A DNA stretch of 63,640 nt, filler included, from Phoronis australis (Eukaryota > Animalia > Phoronida): assembly GCA_002633005.1 (NCBI GenBank). It is 5 parts of 5 records of this genome, joined end to end, with 100 filler letters (N's around TTAATTAATTAA, not from the genome) between each part and the next. Parts side by side here need not be neighbours in the genome. Positions count along the whole stretch, not along the records: positions 1 to 22,792 come from NMRA01000260.1; positions 22,893 to 29,132 come from NMRA01002195.1; 3 more parts are not named here. One strand, written 5' to 3'. The notes below the pieces were generated by a model, which did not search any database, was not told where the DNA came from, and saw only the letters and a list, made by a program, of their open reading frames with translations. The position numbers and the translations under genes were made by a program. This document shows positions 13,606 through 27,817 of the stretch, piece after piece (position 1 is the first letter of the stretch; the number at the start of each line of letters is the position of its first letter).

Positions 13606-14357
13606 CTGAAACAGCAAACAGCAAAATAATCAGTTGCTGAAGCATACCTCATTATTTTCCTTTATTTTGAGATTATGCTACCCAGGAGTTGAAAAGTTAC
13701 AATTGCACAAACCACGAGACCATTACTATTGCATGTTAAGCTCCTCCAGGAACACGGCTCACCCACAGGTGAACATACATGTAGGTTCTCACTTGTTCAC
13801 TGACTCACAAGCTCCTGCCCGTGCACAAAAAACACTAACAAACACAACCTCAGCACCTGTAAACACGACACTAGGTCTCCTTGCTGACTATATGTCCGCA
13901 TGTCTGTTGGTGAATGCGAGCCGCGAGACGTGGATTTCGTGAATCCGGACTGGTGTTTTTGAGTCAGCGAACCGTGTTGTTCGGAAATCCCGATTGTGTG
14001 ACCGTTTATTCCTTGAATTTGATAAAGCTGAATACAGCTGAACTGTATGCAATTACTGTGATCCTAATGTGGTTGAAGACACGACTATACTTTTTGTTAG
14101 TCAGCTTACTCGCTAGTAGTCTCTATACAATCTATCTTCAGGTGTGCAGTTATGAAGCAAAACAGCAAATAAAAGAAGGAACGGCTAACGAACTATATCA
14201 ATTACTCTTATCAGGTAATTAAAAGCTCAAGTCAGTACAATACATTTATTAGATTGCCTGTGGTTAACATAAGCCGAGAGTCTACTTACATGAACTTGGT
14301 AGACTTGTACTTAATGCACGTAGTAGACTTGTACTTACATCCGATCAGTAGACTTAC

Positions 14358-14756
14358 CAGTTGAGGTTCCAGAACAACCATTTTCTTCCCCAGTGCGTTA
14401 GATTGGGATTGAATACGAAAAGCTTCGTTGCTTTGCGGTGACATGTTGTGCAGCGAGGCGTTGGCAAGATAGCAAAACCCAGACGCTTCCTCCCAAAAAG
14501 CAGTCACGCAAAGGTCCTCCTGCCTTCCACAAAAAGCCACGCACTCAATTTCACTCCGGACGGGAACTGCCACATAGGAATCGGGTGTGAACGTACTGGT
14601 TAGAGTCTTCAAGTTCGCGATTTGAGATCTTGCAATGTGTCGATCTGTGGGACAAACATTTACTACCTGTCCGTAAAAAGAGCTCTGCCCGGAAGCTATC
14701 GTCATTTTGGCAAAAACTATCGCCACAATGTAGAGCAAAACTACAAACAGGCCCAT
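14358..14756 (-). CDS. Coding exon 1 of a secreted PAN/apple-domain protein, copy 2
   Basis: Same structure as 11855-12253, with substitutions S>L and E>A in the signal peptide and S>P in the mature part. Confidence 0.7.
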
Positions 14757-17700
14757 GACTGTCACATATGCATTCACGTCGGCTGTAATCCGAATTAAAG
14801 AAAAACGATAGGCACGCACTAAATCAATTGGGAAAATGACTGGAATTGATTAAGCGAAGGTAGTAGAAAAATCCAACTGTTTTTAGGAAGGTGATGCCAA
14901 TGTTGATGAATAAAATCAATAATCAATCATTCACAGGTTACACCACGCAAAAGTGCTGCGCACATAGAAGTTACAGATACCAGTAATAATGCTAAGAATA
15001 AAAACACATTATTAGAAAAACTAATCCCTGGTTTGATACACTAACCCATTATCTTTCAAACAGTTTTAAGTTTGTTCGGCAGAATAATTAAAATTGAGAA
15101 ACGTGATAGTCAAGTAGAATGTTAGTACATGTATGTGCAATGTCTGCGAACAAAGAAATGCATGATTTAAAAAAATAAATGCCAGCGTTCTGGTACTTGC
15201 GCAGGCTGCTCAGGTGGGCTCATTGAACTGATCAATTGGAACTATTTTTATGCTTTATGAAGATATATTTAAAACCAATCTCCGAGACTACAGAGACCTG
15301 TGTCAAATGTCTAGCAGTGGGAATAAAAGACACGACCTTGTGTACAGGGAGCAGGTACTATTCCCACTGGGTCACACTGTCTCCTCATAAATGAATGATT
15401 TCAAAATGAATGTATTGTTTATGTGCTTACAAACGAAATGTTTTTAAAATACCCTCCTGAGAAATAGAACTTGAACTATTTTGTGTACCCGAGTGACGTG
15501 CACTGTGATCATTACACCCCACACAATACATTGCGCCATTATCGACAAAACATTAAAAATATGTATCTTCACAACAAAAACAAATACTTGATTTTCCATT
15601 TTGGATCAAAAAGGGTATCATACCAAAATAGATAAAGACAATTTTAAATATTTGAATTTGATGCCTTTAAAAATTCTTGTGTTCGTTTTTATAGCTCGAA
15701 CAAAAAGCGCTCAATTATTAGCTTTTTTCGCTCGAGTAGAAAATTTGCGGAAAAATCGTGGAAAAGTCCGCGAAAAGCACCCTCAAGAACGGGTCTTACA
15801 ATATGAAACCAACCCATACGCACGAAGGAACAGATGAAATATCGAAAAAAATGACGTTATTGCAAACCTAAGACTAGTCTCCCATAAAATGTACCTATTA
15901 TAATAATAGTATAACTGCCTTATACTTCCACGAAGACATTACTTCTTATACTTCGTCAAAACTATCCTACGATGCATGCCTTATTCTAACACTAAATACA
16001 AAACTGTGCAAAATCCGGGGTTCACTCATAATTGCAGATACATTTTTATTAATCAACCTCCTCCAAATTCTAGTAGAAATCTTAAGTAATTGTGTACCCT
16101 TATGCTTTAAAAGCCCCCACCTAACCATCTTTAAACAAGAACAAAAGTTAAGAGATGTAGTGTACAGTATGTATATAACTTTTCCATCGCATGTTTACTT
16201 ATAATATGCAGCTTCCGTTACTCTCACTATTGTTCCAGAACCAGTTTTCAAAGAAAATTTCTCCTCAAAACGCATTAATTTTTAACTACTCTCAAGTAAT
16301 TAGGTCAGTCTGTGGACCAGGTCAAGCAATCAACATGATTTACACATCGATGTACCGTTATGGACTTCGTTGAACATTCTAAGCAATTCTATGTGTGACA
16401 TTATTATTCAACTTCGCTGACGCCCTCTGAAGGGGTAACCTCAATCAAATTACTATCTTCCAAATCCTCCAAACGACTCGACGCTCCCTGTTGGTCACAT
16501 ATGGAACCGATTGCACCCAACGGGTGTTGCTGATTTTGCACTAAAAAGCAAGCCGACGTAGTTGTCCTCTCTGTGCCTAAGAGTGTGCAAAACCAAAACC
16601 TATGGACAGTACACTGGGTCAAAGACTTCAAAAACGTCTATTAAACTGATTTTAAAGTGAAAGTTTCTATCTTTTACAACAAGAGCAGCCTGCTGCTTGA
16701 AAAGAAGCAAAATAAACCGTTTGTTATTCACCTCAATTCGCATGCAATCGCTATGACCTGTGAGCAATTCATTCTGACTACTAAAGTCTTCCAGATCATA
16801 GGTATGGGGTCAAAGGTAAATGCCGGTCAAGCATATTTGTAAAAAATCCAAATTATTTGAGAGGTAACTGAAATTTCTGTCCAATTTCAAAGCCCTTACT
16901 AATAGCGGAGATGTATGAACAGTCATGTGAAAATAGATCAAGGTGTCAACATTTCACCATTTTGTCTTTTTTTAGTCTTCACAAGTACAAAACTAAAAAT
17001 ATGCACACGGGATTGGGGAAGGTAACTTTCACTTTGATTAAAAAAACTATTGAGGGCCTCCCTAATGACAAGAAACGACGAGACAAAATATTGAAGAAAG
17101 AAAAGACGTTACCAGTGGTCCTTGTCCAGCTGAAATTTCACACAATTTAAAACCCAATCGAAAAGGTGAAAAACAAGGATTCACCAACTATCACTTCTAT
17201 AGCATATCCTTGTTCAGCTCTAATCTATTAGATAAACCTGTAACCTTGAGTAAATTATGCCAGACTTTGTATCGTCCTCAAAAAGAAATTATTTTTCAGA
17301 AAGCGTTGTGTGTAGCCGACAGTTTCAGTAAGCTGAGTGAACCCGACTTAAGCTCCTATTTCTAGTTCTACATTTCCATATCGTCACATAATTTTTTTGA
17401 GTCTAGTCTGAAACAATAACAACCGGTTCATGAGCCCAGAGATTATTTCGCATCTCTATAAGGAATAATATTAATAATAATAATATTAGGCCATTCCATA
17501 ACGGTTAGTGGCCAAATCAAATTTCAAATGACGATGCTTAGAGTCTGGGAATCTTTATTGGGACAAAAATACATTTGTATAATCACCGGAGTATTGTAAA
17601 TAAAATAGAAACACAATTCCAGGCACACTCTTTTCTTAAGCGTGAGTATGTACGAGTGGCCCCAATGTCTGCGTGTTCAGTTTTGGTTCACTTCGCCGCG

Positions 17701-18527
17701 TGCCGTGACAAGGAACTGCGCTCCGAAAGTTCTCATTCACTAATTACCTAAATTAAGTTCATCTTTTTGCCTTACTAGACATGATGATGTATAAGCTCAA
17801 GTCGAAATGGGAAATGTTTGTTCAACTGTGTTTATATCCGAGATTAGTGGTCAATCAGGCCCGTAGGAAGGAAAAAAATATTGAGGGGAGGGGAGGGGGT
17901 CACAAACAAATTTGACTTTGCCAACCTATCCCATGCTATTACAACCCCCTTCCCCTGTTCTCTGTGTGTAACCATATTTGTACCAAACCCCCCCCCCCAA
18001 CGTCCGCCATAGGTTGGGGGTTATGCCTGGGATGCAGCCATCAGGATTTGGGTAAGCCGTGAACCAACGAAGTTTCACGCAGAGTAAGAATGAGTCTAGG
18101 GCCAGCTCACTGACGGGTAGCTGGGAGCTGCCTGAAGTACAATGTACAGTAACTATAGCAGGGTTCCAGCAGTGGATTCGTACCTATTCCTCTGATCTGG
18201 GTTGAAAGTCAAGGTTTGTTTTATTATGATCCAATTTCGGGGAAAACTTCATTTTATTGTGGCCATTCTTTGAAGTTTTTTTTGGAATGGTGAAGTCCCT
18301 AGGTGCCTGGTATGAGTGCTTTCGTGGCTGTTTCAGAATCCCTAGATGAAACACATCCAGTAGTCCAGTTTCTGGTTGTTGGGGGAAATGATACAGAGTG
18401 TGTCCCAAAATGTACACGCCTCAACACCTGGAGTTCAAATTCAGTTCCCGTGGGTAACTGAGATTCTACGCAGGTCTACTGCATGGTTACACCTTATTTT
18501 TAACGTGGGTGTGCCAGTCACGTCGTG

Positions 18528-18761
18528 TTCCGTGGTTCCAGGGAGGCTTGGGGAGCTCGAACGAACCCCCCATTTGGAAACGTGGGCAAAAAGGTCCGCC
18601 TCAAAGAAATAATTGGTCCGAGAAAAACGAGACAAAAGTCCACTAAAAAGGTAGGAATTCGGCACATGCACAGTTCATAACCCTGAACGAACCACTTATT
18701 CCGTTTTTTTTTTCTTAAGTAAAATGTCCACATCCTATAATTTAGGCTGGGTGCGCGCATG
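18528..18761 (-). mobile_element. MITE, CATGCGCGCACCCAG family, copy 1 (left TIR decayed)
   Basis: Right end CTGGGTGCGCGCATG. Internal sequence matches 23473 and 27582 copies. TCGTG on both flanks. Confidence 0.6.
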
Positions 18762-18994
18762 TCGTGTGTGTAGTATGCACAGGAAATGCAAGCAAACGAT
18801 TCAGTTTTGAAGAAAACAAAAATTCATTGCACAATACACCATGTACTATTAGAAACTAAAAACATCAAGGAAGTGCAAAGGGAGCATTTCCAATTTGATG
18901 ACCAATGAGATTTGATTTTATTTGTTTAAATACTTAAACTTCTATATCTATCTATGGTTTGTAAACTTAAACACAGTAATCTAGTTCCTAAGCC

Positions 18995-19610
18995 AATAAA
19001 CAATTTATTGTCATTTGAATTGTGAGAACATTTTGGGACACTTTGTAGATCTGTTCGAAATTCATCAATTTCCTTGAGACTTACTTCAGATAGACAGAAA
19101 TTGTTTAGTGTTCTTTTACATTTGAAGATCTGGTGATAGATCGAATTTTCCCAATTTCGGCCTGCAACTAAGTTCATTGAAGCATCGTCATTTCTTACAA
19201 GAATAGCTTCTAATTGTCAAAAAAATTCATCTCTCAATCAGTCCATTTTCATAGATAAATAAAATTGGAAATCAGAAACAAACAATCAAATCCTTCAAAG
19301 CAATCCGTTTACCTTGATTTAAACAGAAAATCTTGTACCGAAGTCAAAAAGCAATGTATTTATTGTCATTTGAATTGTGAGCAAATTTTTGTGAAGTGTC
19401 TAAATTTCATCAATGTCTGAGAGTTGTTTTAGATAGGCAAAAAGAGTTCAAGTGCACTTTCCTATTTGGGGAGTGGATTAAAGAGCTTTTTCCGTATTCA
19501 GGCTTCAACTTAGTTTCCTGATTTGTAATCATTTCTTAAAATATTAACTTGAAATTGCCAAAAAACATATATTAACCCGTCAGTTTTCATAAACATGAAA
19601 ATCAGAAACC
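18995..19610. repeat. Diverged ~355-bp tandem duplication
   Basis: ATTTATTGTCATTTGAATTGTGAG at ~19003 and ~19358, with similar downstream sequence to AAATCAGAAAC. Confidence 0.55.
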
Positions 19611-21011
19611 TGCGAATTTGTTGATCAAAACGCAATGTTATAAGCCTTTTCCGCAGCCATACTCACAGATTTATAACGGGTAACAGGGGGGGGGGGGNNN
19701 NNNNNNNNNNNNNNNNNNNNNNNNNGGGGGGCAATGGGAGATTGTTTTTTCACAGTAAGGTGTATTTTTGCTCATTTCCGATGTACCTAAAACGGTTCAC
19801 GAGTTGAACTTGACCTAAAGAAAGCTGAAATATTTGTTTCTTATTGCCAGTATTTGAGTACACTCGTACATGTACAGGGTCATCCCAAAGGTAGCCTCGA
19901 CAACAGTGTTTTCCACATTTGGGAATTCCTTTGAAACAACTAACAGTAAACATTTTCAAAAGAGTTACTAATCTTGTGATACTATGGGAAACAATAATAA
20001 TATTCTATCACTAACCATCGGAAATAGTCCTTTTGTGTCTTCACTTTCTTCGGAATTCCACCCATTTGATGGCGGGCAATCCTTTTGTATTTTTTCACAT
20101 TTTTGGTTGTTTGGGTCGAATGTCTTGATACTACTGTGCTGTGCACGAATATTTTTTGATGACTTTGGAATCTCAACTTCCCTCGCGAATACTTGGCATC
20201 ATCGGATTTATATGTATAGAGGTACAAAAGGACATTTCTGCGAGAGAGGGTCTCGTCTAAAATGGAACACCTTAATTATGAAAGGCTAAACATCATTAGG
20301 CTTGGAAAAGAGTGACAGTTCATTCCACCGTCGTGTGGTCACAAGACGTTATCGAGTCCAAATTTGGGACCTCTCTCCAGGAGAGACCCTTAAGAATTTG
20401 TCAATGAAAACATAAAGAGGTGGCCACTTGAATGTCATCAGTGGCCTCCTTCAAGGTTCGGGCCCCTTTATATGAAAATGTCTATATTTTGAAAAATCAA
20501 GAAATGTGCAGCAATCGATGATATATGTCAGATCATCAATTTTTATCAAGTGATATACGATTTTAGAAAAAAACGACAGTTGTCTCTGTTACCCCTTGTC
20601 AGTGAGGAGCCTCTGGAGAAATGTAGTTTTTCAGTCGCAAAATTGACTTATTGAATTCAAAAATCCAGTAAATTTATATGCTCTGTAAAAGCTTCCCTTT
20701 ACAACTTTTTTCGATTTTTCGAAATACATGTATGAATCATTACGTGCACGTTTTCAAGTGCGTTTAGACAACCTGTGATACGAAAGCGGAGACCCCAACA
20801 GCAATGTCCTGGCCAGGGTCCTCAAAAGGTAAACCATGCACTGGTACAGGATTGTTGTTCTCTTGAGTTTTCTCTCATATCAGCATTTAGCAGTCATTCT
20901 TCTCTCGACTGTCCGTGCCCCACGCGTGTGTCGGTTGCACGGTTTAACCCTGACGCCTGAAAATTTTTTGGGGGGGCCCGTGCCCCCCGCCCCCCCGCTT
21001 CCTTCGGCCAT

Positions 21012-21240
21012 GTCTATACCTATGTCTAATGCAGATCTGCTACCCTGTGAAACGTGGTCACATAGAATGTCCTTGGGGATGCGAGCGTCCTCATTATGCG
21101 AACGTGTCCGAGCCAGCGAAGTCTTTGTTGGAGGAGCAGAGTGAACATGCTTTGCATATTAGAGAGTACCTCACTGTTCGAAACCTTTTCCGCGCACCTC
21201 ATATCAAGTATCTGGCCTAAGAAGTGGAGGTGGAAGATGT
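21012..21240 (-). mobile_element. RTE-clade LINE fragment (region downstream of the RT domain)
   Basis: Translates to KVSNSEVL...SMFTLL..QRLRWLGHVR and, after a frameshift, EDARIPKDIL. This is the characteristic RTE C-terminal motif. Confidence 0.8.
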
Positions 21241-22451
21241 TCAATTACCTCCCATGCCTAGAGTACGCCGTCCGAGATTCGATGACATTCAGAAAAATAT
21301 TGTTGTCTCACGGGAAACTAAGTCGCAAGCTCGGCGTAACCATTGTGCAGTTTGTTTTTTTGTTTCTTATCCTAAAGATTATGGCAAGCATTTATGGGTA
21401 ACCGGCTGATGTGTTCCCTAGGTTTTATATCCGTGCATCGTGCATTGTTATATCGAGACGCAACAAAGGAAAACAATGGTAGTGCCCCATAGGCGATAAC
21501 CATGCGACGCGCCTACTCCATCGCATGGATCTCGCAAGGTAAACAATAGCTTGCGACATACATATGACGTCATTTGGCATGGTTTGTCTGGCCCATTCAA
21601 TCAAGCAATCAATCATTATTTATTTATTTATTTAACTGACCTATAAAATTGCTATTACGAGTCATGATTTCTAAGGAAACCAATCCGTACAGACTAGACA
21701 ACATAAATACAACAAATATCCTCCTAACTTACAATTAATAGTAAATAATATGCGCGTAAATCTCGTTGCTTCTAGTGAACCCGGCATACTTCGCCATTAG
21801 ACCCAATATATTCTATGTGGAAATATTATCGACCTTTGACTTCGCTTAGTATTCAGTACAATACAAAGGTGAGAAATAGTACTTTTTAAAAAGTAACACG
21901 AATTCAACTACTAGTAGTGGTAGAACTACAGTATCAGAAGTGATACTAGCACTGGCTAAACAGGGGTTGTGGTGTTCACTGTGGAAGATCCCTAGGAAAC
22001 TATATTACCGCGTCTTGGTCCAACAGCACCAAAGGCGACACTTAGGAACTTTTTTGCACTGCTTTTTATCATAATACAAGGAATATTCTCGTCGAGAAAC
22101 GTAATAGCGAGAAATGGTGGTTTTAGTGGTGTCATTAAGTGAAATACTTGAGAATCTAGACAGCTTCAAAGGTTTTAAATTAACTTGTACGTTTTTGAGG
22201 GATTTGAAAAAATAAATTAACACGTTGCAAAATTTGGCACAGAAATCTATTCTTTAAAAATGAGCTACCATGAACAAAAACTGAATAATTTGATTTGGTT
22301 TTGTTCATTTGAAGTTACTAGACAAGAAAGGTGATAAATGAAATGAAACTAATTTGAAAACGTGCAAAAATAGAGAAATAAATATTAAAGCAGTGGCACT
22401 CTTGGATGAAAACACACTATTATAGTCTAAGCTAATATCAAAATAACAATA

Positions 22452-22792
22452 TTTTTATGCGCCCTCATATTTATATGTGGACGCATTATGCCGTCATCTC
22501 TGTCCGTCCGTCCGTCCTTCCGTCCGGGCGGCGTCCGGCGTCTGGCGTCCGGCGTCCGCTGCTCTGTCTCCAAAACCCTTTGACATACGTTCATGAAATT
22601 TAACACATATGTTCCATTCATGAATGGGACGGCATGTGCGAACTTTCGGACGGATCCGACTACCGGTGTGCCCCCTAGTGGCAATTTTAGTTTTTTACGC
22701 ATACCTTTGTATCTTCGAAAGTCCTGAACGGATTTTCATGAAATTTGGTATGTAGGCACCTATTAGTGAGATGACGCTATCCTGCCGTTTTC
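22452..22792 (+). mobile_element. Helentron-associated (DINE-1/HINE-like) element, 5' part, truncated by gap
   Basis: TTTTTATGCGCCC start, 5' hairpin ...TGTGGACGCAT and (GTCC)n tract, as in the 59356 copy. Confidence 0.8.
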
Positions 22793-22892
22793 NNNNNNNN
22801 NNNNNNNNNNNNNNNNNNNNNNNNNNNNNNNNNNNNTTAATTAATTAANNNNNNNNNNNNNNNNNNNNNNNNNNNNNNNNNNNNNNNNNNNN
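22793..22892. other. Artificial contig linker N44-TTAATTAATTAA-N44
   Basis: Identical 100-nt structure at four sites, with stops in all six frames. Confidence 0.95.
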
Positions 22893-23097
22893 TCCGTTTT
22901 AATTGAACAACTGAATTGATATTTAGTCGAATTACGAATTACAGAAGAAATTCTCAATGGAATAAAGTTACGTCACCCATAACCATACCTTCCCAAACCC
23001 GTGGGTGTACAGCGTCTAGTGTACAGTAGCATTTTTACGGAATATGTCCTCTTGTGTCAGCCGCCGTCCTCGCATTGTTGTCGCAACACATTGTAAC

Positions 23098-23267
23098 CCC
23101 TGTGGTGCACCACTTATAGACCATGTGCGGCGTAGCACTGAAAAAAGTGGGGGGCTAAAGCCCCCTCAGTCCCCCTGTGGTGCACCACCTATAGACCATG
23201 TGCGGCGTAGCACTGAAAAAAGTGGGGGGCTACAGCCCCCTCAGCCCCCTATGGTGCGCCGCCCATG
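23098..23267. repeat. GC-rich hairpin repeat with ~76-bp subunits (related copy at 24635-24774)
   Basis: CCCTGTGGTGCACCAC.TATAGACCATGTGCGGCGTAGCACTGAAAAAAGTGGGGGGCTA occurs twice and the block ends GGTGCGCCGCCCATG. Confidence 0.7.
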
Positions 23268-23472
23268 ATGTACTGCGTCCCTAACAAATTCGCCCGGGTC
23301 CGCATTGACCTCGCGGGACGCATCGACCACATATATGGAGGCCGTGGGAGGCTACCTTACCCCCACTCCACCAGATTGCGACCAAACTGGTGTAGACTGG
23401 CGTATGTGGTGAAGACAGCATGGACAGGGGTTGGAGATAATTGAATCAGTTACCACATGAAACATTTTTCTA

Positions 23473-23724
23473 CATGCGCGCACACCCAGCCTTTAATACG
23501 GGGGGAGGGGCTCGAATTTTCGAGGATGTGGACCTTTTACCTACAATATAGCCGGAGGACTAAAAAAACGAGGTATCACGTCCAGAGCTGTGAATCGAGA
23601 GTTTGCGCCTTTTTAGTGGACTTTTTTGCCTCATTTTCTCGGACTTTTCGTTTCTCTGAGGCGGACTTTTTGTCCACTTCGCCAAATGGGGGGCTCATTC
23701 GAGCCTCCCCTGGGTGCGCGCATG
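23473..23724 (+). mobile_element. MITE, CATGCGCGCACCCAG family, copy 2, 5-bp TSD TTCTA
   Basis: TIRs CATGCGCGCAC(AC)CCAG / CTGGGTGCGCGCATG. TTCTA on both flanks. Confidence 0.8.
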
Positions 23725-24634
23725 TTCTAGTTGGCCGGCAGTCTGATTACCCACTATACAGAAGGTAAATTGAAAGACGGCCCAGACAATATATAACGAA
23801 ATGCAACAAGTAAAATTTCAAAGTACTGAAACGTAGGAAGACGTCAATTCAGGCTCGAGGACTCGCCCGAACAGGAATGTTGTTAATTGTTTAATAAGTA
23901 TAACGACTCGGAACCGTATCAACCTGAAAAACCATATGTTGGGTTTAGTAAGACCAGTAAGCCAATAACCTGGCGGTCGTATTTTTAGATGACCTATATA
24001 TTACCATCACCTATAAATGAATCATGCGCTTGTTTTGATGAGCGATGTGGTCGGTGAACTCAGCGGCAAGCAACTGATTTATAACTGGATGTTCCAGTTT
24101 TCCTTTGGTGAGTACGTGTGATCGTTTTGGGCACCCCATATTTAAGATCTCTGATATTTTTATGGTACCGACTGTGATAAAGTTGAACAGTCTGTCATTA
24201 GTATAGGCGTAGATTATGCATGAACTCCGTGTCCTCAGGCGACTTTACGGTGGGCTAGTATCAGATGCCACGCACAACTAATCAGTGACGGACCTAAAAT
24301 TTGGGGATCGAGACCGAGTTGATTAGCAATGCATGGGTTTCGATCTTCCCAGAAACCGTCGCAGCCTGCCTGCATGTATATGGAGTCTTTCTCTTAGTTT
24401 CTATTGCGACCCCCCCCCCCCCAGGCACCCCGCGAACGCCACCAACGCTTTCTTGGCTACCGTACTCTCTCCACCAACTCCGCCGTGACCGCGAAGCGCC
24501 GCTCTCTCGTCAGCAACTACCGGTACTATTGTTGACTGCCGTCCGCGCACTAGCGGAGTCTCGAGGGGCCCGGGGAGGTGCAGTTGGAAAATAACTGGGA
24601 CAGACTGGTGTAAAGTGGAAGTGGTCGGACCACT

Positions 24635-24774
24635 GATGGGCGGCGCAGCATTTGAAAAAGTGGGGCTGTAGCCCCAAGCTCCACTGTGGTGCACCGACCA
24701 TAGACCATTGGCGGCGCAGCACTGAAGGTGTGTGGGGCTATAGCCCCTCAGCCCCCTATGGTGCGCCGCCCATG
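24635..24774. mobile_element. Short MITE-like element with ATGGGCGGCGCA / TGCGCCGCCCAT termini
   Basis: Inverted termini and two ~77-bp subunits, same family as 23098-23267. Confidence 0.6.
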
Positions 24775-27195
24775 GGTCCTCCCGGCATGATAAAGTCACC
24801 CTTTCATGTGCAGAAACCCACCCCTTTTGTAGCCGGGATGAATGCTGAAAACCTATCCTCTTTGTTGGGATTCTATGCCGGACAGTTGAATTTTCATACC
24901 ATTCAGTCAGAAAGGGCCAAGAAATAAAACTGTCTTGTTGTCAAAAATAACATCTGCCAGTGGGCTTGATAGGCCAATCAAACTTAAGGGGAGAGGGGAC
25001 ACTTCAGATGCGCTCATTGCTGACATTTCGCTAATATTAGCTGGCGTATTGGAAGATTTTCAGTATGCCTTCTCGCACACCTTCGAATTCTATACGTTCA
25101 CAAATACATGACCTAATAGATACACGCTCTAATTGGCGACAGGTTGACTGGGATCTCGCGTCAGGCTTCATGTAAAGGATGACTTAGGCTCATGGCAGTG
25201 AGCACAAAACTTCAATATTACAGGTCTCCTATTCAAATCGCATAACGAGAAGATACACACTACAATCGATCCGGAACTTCGTCTCTCGTGAAACATCTTC
25301 AGGGACAAGATCCAGTTTGAAATTGTGATCGGGACGAAAACATCGTATATACGACGCAATCACACCCACACACAATGGCAACTGCACGACCACTAACTAC
25401 GCAAAACGGTGGGAAATCCCGTGTCCTGCTGATTGACTACATCGTTTGGAGGCATTTAAACGAAAACTATGCCTGAGCAGCGCGGTAACATATATGTTGG
25501 TAATCTTTTTTTCGCGGCGCAGCACACGAGTTAGGCCTCAGATTTCCGAAGTGATACGCTCTGATTAATTTGAGAAAGATAGTGATAAAGGCTCTCTATC
25601 AGATAATCCGGTCTCAGAATCCTGTGCAAACACATGACAACCACGGTAGTTTTCAGTTCTACTTTCTGTCATGTCTGATAACGCTGCGAACCCGCAATAC
25701 AGATTCATGTTTACCTCCAGACACGTGTTTCAGATGTGAATTTATAGCTTAATTACAACGTTATTTTGGTCATGCATTTGCTTCTAGGTAAACCTCATGC
25801 GTGGCGACATATGGATGCATACTCTGTGTAACTGTTTCACCTGTTTCGAAAAGTTTGCCTGAGCCTCGATCGAGGTAATGTAATGCGCCCAGCTCCGGGA
25901 TGTAGCCTACCCGATATTGTGGTTAGGAAGTTGGACACATATGGTTAGACCCAGTCGTTGACAATATTCACATTCAATACATTCAGCTGTATCTTTACAC
26001 TGAACCACAGGCAAGATTTAAGAATGACTGTCGCTGTACGACCCGCTCAAGCGGCAAGGAGTATCAACTGGAATTATGATTGGGATTGCCAACGAAGTCC
26101 AATTTGCTGAGTAGTGATTTTGATTTTAAAGATTGAACAATTTGGAGTTGGGGTGAATGAGCATTATTTGGGCTTCCGTTTCGACTGAACTAACTTGCGT
26201 GAAAATTCGTTTCAGCTAAATTAGAAAGAATGTCTTCAAAGGGACATTGTGGATTTTCAAACGCATTCAGATTTTGGGTTTGTAGTTGAATGTCCTTCTT
26301 AAAGTTATTAACTTTGACCAGAGCCATGACACACTAATGTCTGATGAGTTTTTGCGATTATAAGTTACAAATCGACAATTCTCATCGTTGTATGCCGCAC
26401 TTTACGCCTAAAATGCTATCATTATCGAGTGGGGTTTTTCTTCGCCAACAAAGCGTTTAACTGCTGTCATGAGAAAATAAATTTTTTTCGCAGATAAAAA
26501 TAGAAATTGTGTCACTTTTTTAAACCGATCGGCAGTCTACGCAAGACACTCGCGTGAAAAACTATGTAATCACGTGCTTCCCTATGGAAGAGCATGGCGA
26601 TAACTCGCGAAAGGATAAGTTAGTGGTCTCGTTTTTCAGGCAGGAAATCTGCGCTGCGGAACGCAACCCTCAGGCTGCGATGCTGGGCGTTATATCTGCT
26701 TGGTCAACATTGTGTCACGCTGCGATATGTGTTTGATGTCCAGGAGAGGTGACTTGGCGGGATTCCGTCTCGTTAAAAAATTCCAAATAATAAACTAACG
26801 CAATGAGCGACTCGATATTCACGAGCTGGTGGTCAGCAATAAAAGTCCTTCTTTTTAACGTTTGAATAGATAGAGAGCAGAAGGTAATTTATCAGCATGA
26901 GGGCGTTCGTGTATCGGATAAGGGACCCGCGTGATTTGCCTGAATGCGGGCATTTTTATGGCAAGGTTCCCTTGCTTCACTTGCGACACATAGTGAATTT
27001 CGAGTTCCTCAAAGTCAAGACAGTTCTGTCTATTGAAATAGATAATACGGGTTGTCATTCCCGCTGGATGGAAGTGGTGCTCGTTCACGATAGGAAACAG
27101 GAAGGAAATGAAAAGTCGACATTTCCGGATCGGATAATTTTTATAATACCGAGAATGAGGGTCAAACGTGTACTTTCCTTTCAAAGTTCAAGTTA

Positions 27196-27468
27196 CAGGG
27201 TGTTCCATCGAAACAGGAACCCCGGTCTAAAACAGATATCATGGAGTCGAAAGCAGACTTCCGCATCTTCGAAACAGCTAACCAGCCCGAAAAACACGGC
27301 AGACAGGAAACCCGACCTTTAAAACAGGAACCCCGGGGATTGAACATTGAAACCGGACAATTTTTCAAATGTTCAAAGACCCGGCCGTTGTCAGTAGCCT
27401 CAAACTTTGAGTTTCGAGTTGTTTTGTGCATTTGTACACCTGAGTTCCTGGTTCGATGGAGCAACCTG
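27196..27468. mobile_element. Tc1/mariner-type MITE
   Basis: TA|CAGGGTGTTCCATCGAAACAGGAAC pairs with GTTCCTGGTTCGATGGAGCAACCTG. Confidence 0.6.
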
Positions 27469-27581
27469 AGTTACGAACACAACGCTTTTAATTTTCCGTT
27501 TACGTCATGCTTAAGTCTTCCTTTCGCACTGTTTAGCTGGCTAAGAACAAAAATCAAGTTAGGCCTCGTGCATTCTCATAA

Positions 27582-27817
27582 CATGCGCGCACCCAGCCTA
27601 AAAGTGGGGTGCTCGAATATGGACCTTTTACTAAGATTCACGTGGTACGTTCAGAGCTATGAATTGTGTATTCGCCGAATTTTGGTAGTTTCTGCCTTTT
27701 TAGTGGACGTTTGTCTCGTTTTCTACTTTCCGGAGTTTTTGTTTCTTGAGGTGGACCTTTTTGCCCACTTCGCCAAATGGGGAACGAGCTCCCCCCCCCC
27801 TCCCAGGTGCGCGCATG
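27582..27817 (+). mobile_element. MITE, CATGCGCGCACCCAG family, copy 3, 5-bp TSD CATAA
   Basis: TIRs CATGCGCGCACC / GGTGCGCGCATG. CATAA on both flanks. Confidence 0.8.

Larger units (their letters stand above)
10893..15907. repeat. 2.5-kb direct tandem duplication (10893-13402 / 13404-15907)
   Basis: Near-identical copies with scattered SNPs and indels, joined by a single N at 13403. Confidence 0.95.
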
